Shown here: piece by piece, positions 1 to 11,700 of the stretch
Layout of the letters: each line of letters opens with the position of its first letter
Position numbering within the stretch: the stretch's first letter is position 1
Assembly: GCA_000934665.2 (NCBI GenBank)
Contig: JYFJ02001649.1
Location: forward strand, 1-64,000
Reading direction: 5' to 3'
Origin: Catajapyx aquilonaris
Lineage: Eukaryota
Length of the DNA: 64,000 bases
Notes under the pieces: model-generated
The model's input: the letters and a program-made list of their open reading frames with translations, nothing else
Databases searched by the model: none
Told to the model about the DNA's origin: nothing
Made by a program: the position numbers and the translations under genes

Positions 1-1554
1 AAATAACGGCCGAGGAGGACCTGCCGAGGACAGCGAGAGAGCAGGCGGACGCCCATCGCTGGAGGAGCACGGCAGCACGCCTGTTGGAAGGATAGCGGTC
101 GGGCCTAATCCGCAGAAGCGCCTTGGAAGAGCCGGTAACTATCTTGTGGAAGCCTGACCAAAAAGGTGTGGGGGAAATGCCCAGTTGCTGGGACTGGTTG
201 CAGCACATGAGCACAATGGTGAATGGCGTGCGCGGAGGCGTCACTCTCTTGCCTCAAGAGCAGGCTGGACGTCACTTTTGGTTTAGAGCTGTTGGAAATC
301 ATTTTTGGTACCAGAGGTGGACCAACTGCAGTGCTAAGGTCACAACCACTTGCATTAGTCTCTATAGTATATCCCTGGTTAAGATGGTTTGTCCAACACG
401 AGGTGCAACCGCATGAAATAATAACTTTGTAGCGTCCATGTGTGCAGCCAGTGGTTCAAGGCAGGGTTTGGTATTTTGCCAAGTTGGGTCTCAAATGCAT
501 GAGAAACATCGTTGGCTTCTAATATTCGGTCAGTTACAGTAACATAGACTGCATGTAAAATTTCAAATTGAAAGGTCAACTTTTTTGTGGGAACCAGTTA
601 TTTCTTACTCCGCCTTACTGAAAATTGCCCAAGATGACCTTCCTAGTGCGACCAATGTGGTGCGCAGAATTGGAACCCATATGGAAAGACTTCATTTTTT
701 CAACTGCCATGAGCAAGAGATTCAGATCTCAAATCCTAGTGCATTTGTGTCCAATACAGTGATGGACATAATAGCAGTCCCAAAAAAAAATCTGTCGGGG
801 GCGGCGCCGGTGTTTATGGTGCTGTCATCTGGCAACCACACTGCTGGCGGGAGGAAAGTGGCGAATTCAAACATCAGCCCATGATGGGCGCTAACAGTGT
901 TCTTTCGACTGTTGCATTAGAATTCCTTTTCCTCCCCTCGGTGGCGCTGTTGCCAAGTGACCGCACCGTGAACACTTGTGCCACCCAAAGTGCCACCCAT
1001 GATGGGAAAAAATTAGGGACTGCTATGATGTCCAGCGTTGTACATGACTATAAAAACATTAGAGCAGGTTCTGTTGCTGAGAAATACAAAATTGTACCTG
1101 CCCAATTAGTGTTAATTTTTAAGTGCAAAGGCAAGTTGATGCTTGTGTGATATTTTGTGTTGTATTGCACTGAATGTATTTCATGGCTTTTTAATACTCA
1201 TATTTATTGTTAACTAGCAATTCCTTCATTTTGAACTGACTACACTTTTAGTACCAGGTAATGTCAGGATGATAAATATGCCTGAGGGAATCTAGTGACA
1301 CTGTAAAATGGAGGTAAAGGAGGACACCCATTGTACGCCTTTGAAAACACTGTGCTGACTTGCATATTGCACTTGCTGGAATCATTGATTTTTTGGTATG
1401 ACTTAATACTGTTGACAAGGAGTTGTAGCCATCCACATGTGCTGCAGCATTTCATTTGGAAGAGTTCAGAGCATAGTTCCAGTGCTTACTGTAAAAATAT
1501 TGTGTCTCTTTCAGAGGGCAGCTTTGTGATTTGCTTGAGGACGACTCTGGAATC

Positions 1555-4500
1555 ATGTACAAAAATGCAAGTTTTGGAAGGGGATTTGGAGATGGTGGAA
1601 GTATGCATAGAAGGAATGAATGGTTTCCAACCAAAAAGAGGGAAGGAAAGACTTGGACAGCGGAGAAGGAGGCTGATGAACTTCCTCGGAGGATATTTGT
1701 TTGCAATTTGAGGAAATCGGTAAGTGTAGGAGAAAGCAAGGACAAATATGGACAATAGTCGCTTCTGTTCAATGAATAGAGCATTGAGAATTTTCTTGAG
1801 TTATAGTGTGTGTAATAGTTTGCTAGATACAAATATGAAAAATCTTGCCTTCTAAAAAGAATATTGCAATATATTATATCCTCCTGAGACCCGGCGTCCA
1901 GTATACTGGACATCTGGAAAAGTTTTTTTGGCGCCAACTAGTGATGCCAACATAACTGTAATCTGTTGGTATCCCATGATTACAATCTGGCCTCAATAGC
2001 TGAAGCCACCTAGTGTCGAATATCTGACTTGGGCCGCGAAAATTAAATCGCGGAAAAAATGGCGGATGCCGCTTCTGAAGCAAGGCGCTCATCTGATAAG
2101 TTTTATTTTTTTTCTCATATTTAGAGTGCGATTTTCGTCAATGTAGTGAATGTCCTGGGATTCGCAAGGAATGTGCATTAGGAAATACGAAAAAAATTGT
2201 CTGTGACGATCTTTGTTGCTGTAGAGAATTGGCAATTTTCTTTTCTTCCTGAGACAAAATGTCCATTTGAATGGACATCCTATATTTATTTTTTTTAGCT
2301 GAATGGGTGTGACTTTTCTTTAAGTGCCTGTACCTATACACCCATAAGGAAGTGCGCTTTTCACTATGCAGTTCAGTTTCAAAATCTAGAATAGCAAGGT
2401 ACCACTTTAGCGGGTAAGAAGGGAAGGAGCAAGCCCCATGCCTGGAGTGGTGGCGTTCAAAAATAATTTCATTTATCTTTAATTGTCTTCTGAGAGGAAT
2501 TGCTACCACGAATTCCACAAATGAATTTCAAAAACATTGTTTGGAGCAGTGATAGAGCACTATGTGAGTGATCCATTAAGGGGTATTTCAATTTTCAGCT
2601 TTCATCCGTTCTGCTTCTGTAGCAGCAAATGAATCCCAATGTTCTCATTGGTTGTTTGTCACCATTTTTGTCGATATTTTAAAACTAAATTTTTTTTCTC
2701 GTTTCTTATTGGGAAAATGTTCAGAAAATGCTATAGGAACTGATATTGCGCTACTCAATTCTTCTCGGGTCTCAGGAGGATATGCTTATTTTGTTACACA
2801 GCTGAAAAAGCAAAGCCTGCAAGATTTCTTTGGGAAGTTTGGTGAAGTTGTCAACTGCTACATTCCTTGGAAGTCGTACAATGGTGGATTCAGTGGAACA
2901 GCCTTTATCACCTTTGCTAGTGTGGAACAAGCACAAAAGTTGGTATTCACAATCCTAGTGATTTTAAAAGACCCAGTGTTCATTATGTTTCTGTGCTACC
3001 CTAGTGCCCTCACAGCAAGTGCAGAGGATTTGGTGGTTTCCGGATGCCAGCTGTATGTTCATCCTGCCAGGCCAAAGAAAACTTTCCGTAATCCATTGAA
3101 GCCACAGAATGGGAATGCAGCTGAGAAGGAACTAGAATGTTCCACACCTGCACTTGCAGTTGGAGCTCCTCAGACACCAATTCCAGAACTGAATGAAGAC
3201 TGCTTAGAAGCTATTTTTGTGTACCTGGATTGGAAGCAGCTCATGGTACTTGAGCAAGGTGGGAGCCTTTTTTCTTATTCTTTCCAATATATTGAATGTT
3301 GTGTCATGGAACATATTAATGAAGCATGAGATTGTCAGGCTTATTTTGCATGGACATATGCATTTACTGATCCCAAATTGATATATCTATTCTTCACAGT
3401 GTGTCAAAAGTGGCAGCGGGTAGCTTTGAGGTTGTGGTCACTCAAGAAGGAGCTCCGAGTGAACGAGTATTTCAACTACACCAGCTTCACTCTGGAGCGG
3501 TTCCGCTACCTCGCCAACAAGTTTAACTCACAAGCCGTCACTGCTTTCTATATGGGTCCTGTAGCCAAAGCATTTAATGTAGCCTGTGTCTCAGTGTTGG
3601 GGAATTGCTGCCCAAATATCCAGACCTTCCAACTTGCTAACAATCACTTTCCAAACAAGTGTCTTACAGTTCTAGCTCAGAGGTAATTATTAATGAGTTG
3701 GTGATCTTTTAATCTACCTGAAAATGTGTCACCAATGCCATGTTTCTGAGTCCCTGAGTGCAATGAATTTGAAATTATTTTCTTCTACAGGTGCCCTGAC
3801 CTCAGCTGCGTGTCACTTCGGAACTGCCACCGCCTGACAGAGCAAGGCATCACCAACTTTCTCCGCCACAGCAAGAACATTAGCGAGCTTGAAGTGACAG
3901 ACCTCCGCCTGACTGGAAAGTGCTTCCAGCATGTGACATCATTGCTGACTTGCCTTAGACTCACTGAGTGTAGTGGTCTCAATTCTAAGGGTGCGTCACT
4001 TCTGGCAGAAAACAGCCCCAACCTGAAGCAGATGGAACTTGGAAACATGTCAGAGGTCAACAAGCCCTCCCTATTGAAGCTACTAACTACCATGAAGGAT
4101 TTGGAGGTGCTTGGATTACACTATGTCAATCCCAGAAATATCCGCTGCCTCAAGGAGCTTGAGCACATGGCGCAGCTGACAGAACTGGATCTCAGTTGCA
4201 ACAGAAATCTGGACAATGTGGTGTTAAAAGCAATTGGAACTGGGTGTACCCTCCTTGAGAAACTGAACATCTCGGGTAAGTTATTGAGGGGAATTGCATT
4301 GCTTAAAGTAGTCAGGCAACATTCAACTTTGTTAGAAGTAACTCAGTGGAGAGGTTCAGTGGTGTCTCAGTAGTTATAAATCTGAAAGGCCTATGAGCAT
4401 GAATAGAAGGAATTTTGGGAGTTGCATTCTCAGATCTAAGGTATTAGGTCTGGACTCATGGCCAGATGCCTAACTTGCTGCAAACACTGTGATATGTGGT

Positions 4501-6490
4501 TTGTTTTTAGATGTTTTGGATGCAGCAGAGGCCACATGTCACCTCTGCTATCCTGTATTGAAGATAGCAGAACCCATGTTAATTTTGGCATGAGTGGAAT
4601 GTAGACTGTCATTGTCAGGCACACCCTGGTGTTTTCCTGCACCCTACTCTCGTTCTGCCATGCAGGCAGGATGCTAAATTGCAGCTATGAGATTGCCCTG
4701 GCTGACTTTAGTTTTTGACGTGGATACGTCTTTAAAATCGGATCAGGGGGCGTGCAGGCAAACTCTAGCATTACAGTCTATTATAACCTAGTATTCTATA
4801 ACCGAGTCTATTATAACCGAGTCTGCTATAACAGACACTTTTCTGTAATGCTCGAGTTTGCCTGCATGCCCCCTGATCCGATTTTAAAGACGTATCCACG
4901 CCTGCATGCCCCCGCCATTATAGTCGAGAAAAGTGAAACATAATGTAGGTTGAGCCCGCAAATGCTGCAGCTTGTGTCCCCGAGACAACCTAATGTGATT
5001 TTTTTGTGTAATTTCAGGTCATGTTTTTATAGTCCCTATTTAATTTGTGAAGAGTGTTGCCTGCAAATTCAATCCATATCTGGCAACAATATTGCATTTT
5101 GAAATTTACACCATCCTGGTGTGTGGTACTTGAAATAAGTCACACTGCACACTGCAGTGCAGAAGGGACCACTCAGTGTAACTCAGGATGCATCCACCTT
5201 GGCATGGCTGATCTAGCACAATATCACATCTACATTTTGCATTGTATGTTTGATACCTAATCTCTATAGTCACCGAAAGAATGCCGAGACGTCACTATCA
5301 CTTACAAGAAATTACTTGCCTGCCAACTCATTCCGATGGGAATAATTGTGGGTGGGTGTAAATTATTGTTAGAGAAAGTGACATCAAGGCAATCTTTATC
5401 TGAACAAACTCTTAAGCAATGTAACACTTTTAGCAGCAATTAAAATTTATCACAAAATAACTATGGCTGGGAGGGTAATGCTGTTGTGTTACGTTGAACT
5501 CTTCAAGTCCTCATAATTGAATTAAAACGTGTGTTTGTTTTTTTCTCAGAGTGCGATGGACACAACTGCATAACTGATGAAGGATTATCCCACTTCAAGA
5601 ACCTTGTCCATCTCCGAGAGCTCAAAATGAATTACATAGTGGATTCATTTGGCTCAGGGCTGCTTCCACTTGCTGGGAATGGTCACTTGGTGAAGGTGTT
5701 TGCCAGGGGATGTATCAACATGGAAAGTACTGCCCTAAGTGACCTGCTGAGCCTTAGTCCAGAGATGGAGTTCATGGATCTCAGTGGTTGCTTCTCAATA
5801 GGAGACGAGTTTGTGCAAAAGGCCATCGAGGTGGCCCATTCCAGGGACTGTGATAAGCAACTGCACATAATTCTTGGGGGTGAGGAAGTTTATTCATTTT
5901 TTTCAGGTATCCTCCACCACATTACTCCCATTCTTCCTGCAGCAATCCTGTCAAATTGTGCATATGACAATGAATGACATAATTCAAAATTTTAGAAAAT
6001 CAGTGGGAAAAGTGTAAATAAGTGGAAAATCAGCAACATGGTTGTAATTTCCTGCTTTTTTTGAATGCCACTATATTTTCGTGAGTTGTTTTGGAAGTAT
6101 CCACTTCATTCTTCTTACCATGTTGACCTAAACTGAACTAATTCCATGCATTTAACACCAAATCAGGAACCAAAGTCAGTGAAGATACTGCAGACCTATC
6201 AGATGAACGCATCTTGCTTGAGATGTATAACAACTGCTCATACAACTTTCTCATGGAAGATGTTTTTATGATGTCTCTGGGGCTGCTGGATGATTACTAT
6301 GATGACGATGACGAGTTTGACTTTCATGATTGGGAAGGTAAAGTTTTATGTGGCTTGTAGATCTGTTGAAAACACTCAATGTTGTATTGGCCACATAACT
6401 ACAAGTAACAATTTTCTTTGTGTTTCAGATGATGATTTTGGTGATTTTGATGAAGACTTTGATGAGCTTGATTTCATGGCCTGGTTATGA
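1555..6490 (+). CDS. RRM + F-box + leucine-rich-repeat protein with acidic tail (EEED8.10-like putative RNA-binding F-box/LRR protein), about 628 aa
   Basis: Exons 1555-1719, 2802-2938, 3005-3258, 3400-3682, 3791-4275, 5550-5879, 6167-6337, 6429-6490; all GT-AG, 1887 nt in frame. RRM: RIFVCNL (RNP2) and SGTAFITF (RNP1). F-box: IPELNEDCLEAIFVYLDWKQLMVLEQVCQKWQRVA. FBXL-type LRRs such as LTELDLSCNRNLDN and LEKLNISEC. D/F-rich C-terminus. Start codon tentative because an acceptor lies just upstream at 1514. Confidence 0.85.
1880..2779. mobile_element. Non-autonomous DNA transposon, about 900 bp, TIR CCTCCTGAGACCCG, 4-bp TSD ATAT (piggyBac-like ends)
   Basis: atat|CCTCCTGAGACCCG at 1880 and CGGGTCTCAGGAGG|atat ending 2779. 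Same terminus as the element at 61975-62088. Confidence 0.7.
4719..4900. repeat. Fold-back/MITE-like palindrome, about 58-bp arms, around four 15-bp tandem units
   Basis: CGTGGATACGTCTTTAAAATCGGATCAGGGGGC... is the reverse complement of ...GCCCCCTGATCCGATTTTAAAGACGTATCCACG; the centre holds GTCTATTATAACCGA-like repeats. Confidence 0.75.
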
Positions 6491-8749
6491 GCCATGTTCG
6501 AGCTGGAAGCTGATTAAGAAGTTCACCAACAGGGGAACTCTCTTTCCCCTGTTGGTGAATGAGAACAATTGTTCTCTTTCCCCTGTTGGTGAACTTTTTT
6601 TTTTTTTTGTATTACAATGTACAGTAGTTTGTTATTCACTGATGGGCCATGCAAACCATCTAGTGCCTCTAGTCACAAAGTAGATTTTTGCGTAAATGTG
6701 ACTAATTCTGCAAATCATGGGGAAAATTTTAAAAGAATAATTTAGCCCAATGCTGTTGATGTGTGATTGTTCCATAAATGGGGTTCTGTTGGGAAAGGGG
6801 CACTCGATGGTTTGCAATCTTACCCACTTCATCTTGCGTTTGGAACCTCTGCAGAGTATTATTAACTGGATTTGAAACTGTTGATGAGATAGTCTGAAAA
6901 CAACATGGACTTCAAGATGTGTTGTAACAATATCATTTTCAAGGCACAATATCTGGAAGTATGTGATGGTCTTGTGTATGGCAGGGACCAACTACACTGT
7001 GTTAACATATTTTACTTTAGTGTATGAGTGAGCAGCCTAGAGGTGCATTCTCATCACATGTGATGAGAGAGATGCACATTACTGTGTAGCAGTCGAGTGT
7101 GCGGTACATTGAGCAGTGACCTTGCCAGAACATTGTCGATGCATTTTGCTCAGTTGCCAAGTTCTACATGTGTGTGTAACATTCAAATGTAAGATATGCT
7201 ATGAACGATCTTTCAGTAAGACGAAAATTTTGTTCATTGGTAAGATAAGACACTGAAAGAGAGATTGTAGAACAGAAGAAGAGACATCAGTATGCACTAT
7301 CGCCTCAAGAAGCATCCATCCATCGCTCCTCATTCTATTTATTGTTCTTTCTGGGCTGTATAAAAAGCCAACTTGTTTGATCGTGTACTTATATTGTAGT
7401 GTTGCAACATGTCACGATGAAAATAAGGCTGTGAGGCCATCATTGGCTCAACCGTCATTTAAACAGTAGTAAACGTAGTTCAATCATGAGTTGCTGCAAG
7501 TTATTTCAGGTGGTTAGTATCCTTCATCAAATCTATCTTATGAAATATGGGTATGTGTACCAGCTAAAAGCAGAGGTTAGCTGTGACCTTGGGTGGATTC
7601 AATATTGCAGGTAACTAGTTCTGCCGAGTATTATCCGGAAGACCTCAGCAGTAAATTGGTGAAGATAGGTAGCGGATGGCAGAAGAGAATTTTGGGCAAT
7701 AGGAAATGGGAGGCACAGCATTTCTGAACCTCCTTTGTCATTTTCCGATTTGGGTTTCCCGCGCCAGTTTGCTGCATTTCGATATATTACGTACAGATGT
7801 CGCCCAGTGTCTTTCGATCTGATTGGCTGGATGGCAAGGCGGGTGAGAATCGCACCTCCCCGGAGAGAGGCAAGGCAAGGGAAGGCAAGAGGCGGTTTCG
7901 AAAGGATTCCAGGGGATTTTTCCCTGCTTTTGTCCGGCTTCTGGGCCACATTCCGGGAGGAAGACTACTGCCATCGGATCCCGCACCTTCGCCTAATTCC
8001 ACCCAGCAGAGGAAGGTGATTCACAGCCGTTGGGTTGTCGCACAAAAAGGGGTGGTTGAAGGTCGCAACTGCTCGTGGGCAGACATGTTGGCTGGACATG
8101 ACCATGCCAATATGGGGCAATGCCATGTTATGATGCATGTTGTTGCATGGCTGGGCTCAGGGATGGCAAGCAGCTGGTTGTGGGCAATCGGTGGGGCTGA
8201 TTGTAGAAGGGAAATGTTAGGGTCAGGTACGCCACATCAAGTTTTATGATGGATCAATGTGCATGACATCTGTTCATGTTTACCAAGGAGTAACGTAGGT
8301 TTATGTAACGATGATCCAATAAGAATTGATTGAGCTGATAACCGGTTTTAGAAGACTGGCGCTTACAGCAACAGCAGCTGTACAGACAACGGCCTGTATG
8401 AGCCAGATACCAGCCGAAATCAAATGTGGCCCAACAGCAAAATATTAGGATACGCAATACCACACACTTGACATAAGTCGCATGCACACCCATTGATCCT
8501 GAGATACACTGTTCATCCCTCTCCACTTTTTCCCACCTGATAATTTCAATGCCATCAGAAGTGTGATCAAAACTAACTGAGCCTTCCTTTTCCATGAGCA
8601 GTTTCCTGCACAACTGACCAAGTGGTACTTTTCCAATCCTATTTCGTCCCAGAGATTTAATTCAGGCAGATTATTTTGCTTCACATGCTTACAGGAAAAC
8701 AGAAAAAGTAAATTACGCCATATTCTTACAGAACTAATAGTGAAGCAGT

Positions 8750-11700
8750 ATGAGTGGCCGTGCCAGAAGTCGAGCAGCAGCTAATCCACAGGATACTGTT
8801 ACACAGACAGTGAATGAGAAGATTCTCCATGAGTGCCACTCTCTTTACGTTGATCCTGACAAAGGTAATGTTTGAAAGTCAACTTTGTTGCATGTGTTCA
8901 GTGTCTGTAATCACTGAGGAGCTGAAAGCTTCTGAGTAACTAGTGCATGGTGTCAATAAGTGAGCAGCCTGCAGCCAGGGAGCAACCACCTGTAACCAAA
9001 TACAGGGCGTCCCACTAGCTACTTTACCCAGCATTTCTTTAGTAACTTGAACACGAATGAAGATATCGCAATGAAGTTTGACCCGAACTTACATCATACA
9101 CCGAGAAAAGAAATGGCATCACAGCATGTGCTGGATATGGCCACCATTTGCGTCCAGGCAGTCCTGAACACGACACTACATATTTTGGAAGGCCCTGGAC
9201 AGCATCTCCTGAGGCACTGCCTGAATTTCTTGGATGATGTTTCCTTTCAAGGCGTCAATGGATTGTGGTTTGTTTTGGGACACCTGCCCTTTCAGAAAGC
9301 CCCATAGGAAGAATTAGGCAGTGTAAGTACAGGCCACCACGGCACGGCCAAAGTCCCTTCAAAATGACTCAGTTGCCAAGAAAGGACTGAATTTAGGCCT
9401 TGCTGACATGTGATGTGTGGCATGTGTACCGAAACAAACCACAATCCATCGACACTTTGATAGAAACCATGATCCAAGAAATTCATGCAGTGCTTCAGGC
9501 CATGCTGGCGAGGACCTATTTCAAAATATGGAGCTTCATGTTCAGGCCTGCCTGGACGCAAATGGTGGCCATATCCAGCACATGTGATGCCATTTCCTGT
9601 CTCACAGTATGAGGTAAGTTCAGGTCAAATTTCGTTGAGATATCTTCATTTGCATTCAAGTTATTTAAAAAATGCCAGTCAAGTAGCTAGTGGGACACCC
9701 TGTACAAGTACTCCTCATTTTACACCCCTTAGTTTTACACCTTTTCACTTTGACTCCAGTTTCAAAATTACTTTTGAACAAAAATTTATCTGAGATTTTT
9801 TTTTGTCCTATGTGAAAATAACAAAACAAACTACACATAAACTCATCACTACAGCACTTCTGACTGTGAGTCCAAACACACTACAGCAGTGGTTCCCAAA
9901 CTTTTTGTCCCATGGAGCCCTTTCTTAGAAAAATGTTGACAGCAGAGCCCCTGTTTTTAAATTTTTTAATGCTCAATATTAGTAGGCCTGCTGTCTGTGG
10001 GGAAATTTTGGAACCTCTCTCATTTACTTACATTATAATTTTGCCTCATTTTATGCTTTTCACTTTACACTGGTATGTTGCTGAACAACTCCCCAGTGTA
10101 AAACGAGGAGTACCTGTAGTAACAACCTGCAAACAGATAGTAACTGTCTGTAACCAGTAACCAGACATGGACAAAAAGTGGTAGCCTCTCAGTAACCACG
10201 GATGTGGTCAGTGCTTCTACTCCTGAGCATGGAGAACTTTGAAATCCTATAAAAGAGGTGACATCACTCTCTTTGCGGTATATTGCCATAACTGTTCTTT
10301 CTAGTTTTGTCAAAATTTAGCACTAACTGTAAGCTTAGTACTTGCATTAACTTGTATCATCAGTTGAAAAAGAATTGTCCCAGTCATCCTGATGTGTGTG
10401 CTGCCCGCTCGACACACACCATGTAACTTACATGGTGTGTGTCGAGCGGCCAGCCCACACGTCAGGATGACTGGGACAGTTCTTTTTCAACTGATGATAC
10501 ATCCATACAGCTCTGAGTTTGACAACAAATGTCAGATTTTGTGTGTGTATGCAAATATGACCAACAAATGCACCTCTACTCTTTTGTTACAACACTTACC
10601 TATCTTTTCATGTTGGGGGATCAAAATGTGCACATCTGGTGGGTCGCGAATTTTACGAGACGATTTTTTTGGGTCGCCAATGAAAAAGATTGGGAAGCAC
10701 TAAGAACATAACCAGCCTTACCATATAGTACATAAAGTACCTGTTTTATGTATGTAATTGGTTCCAGCAACACAGTGGCTTAAAGTGAATTGGCATAAAA
10801 TGGGACAAAATTCTAATGTAATGTAAATGAGATATAATAGGTTCCAAAATTTTCCTCCAGACAGTACTAATGTCGCTGTTTTTAATGCTGCATATTTGAA
10901 ACATTAATTTAATACACCTGTTTAATGTGAGGTTCCAGGTTGAGGGTCATTGGGTACTGAGCATTTCTTTCCCTTCTTTGGCAAGAACTGCTGAACACGC
11001 AGTGTATTGTAACAATGGGCACATTACTTTAGGGAGTGCAGAGCATGGTGCAGAGACCAACAGTACAGTACTGTATGTAGCTACAATGCACCACTAAAAG
11101 CCAAAAAAAACAACACCTAGAGTACTATACTGTAGTAGTGTAGTGTGTTTGGACTCAGAAGTGTTGCAGCGATGTGCTTATGTTGATGTTGTTTTCAAAA
11201 ATTTCCAGAATTGTCCTAATGAGCAAATTTTACCGTATTTGACAGCATAATTATAAGACGCACCCCCCCAAATGGCTCAAAAAATCGCCCTGCAGCTTAT
11301 AATATGCAAAAATACACAGAAGCCTTTTCCTCTGAACATGATCTACTGAAATGGGGGGGGGGGTGTCTTATATGCCGTCAAATACGGCAATTTTGAAACC
11401 AGTGTTCAATCGGCAAAATTATATGGCATAAAATAGGTACTTCCTGTATTAGTAATAAGGACTTATTATCATATCAAAGAGTAATGACCATAAGTCATGC
11501 AACTTATTCCTTTGTATACAACCTGGTCAAATACTGTGTGAAAGTAACTAAATTGTTTCTAACACTAGTACTGGAACAAATAAGCAGGCTTATTGTTCAG
11601 TTACCTGTAGAGCAATTCCAGCGTTAGGGACGGGACAATCACATGCGCAAGTGGGGACATATCGCTGGTCCTGCGATGTAATATGCAAGTGATAATGTAT

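Noticed and set aside
1..110. GC-rich start that reads either as a minus-strand MGVRLLSRCPRQVLLGRY (mitochondrial-presequence-like, ATG at 56) or as the end of a plus-strand ORF
   Set aside because: Truncated by the window edge and too short to choose between the readings.
10353..10501. Hairpin as a microRNA precursor
   Set aside because: Too long and too perfect, with almost no loop, and it lies within other repeats; a MITE is more likely without small-RNA data.
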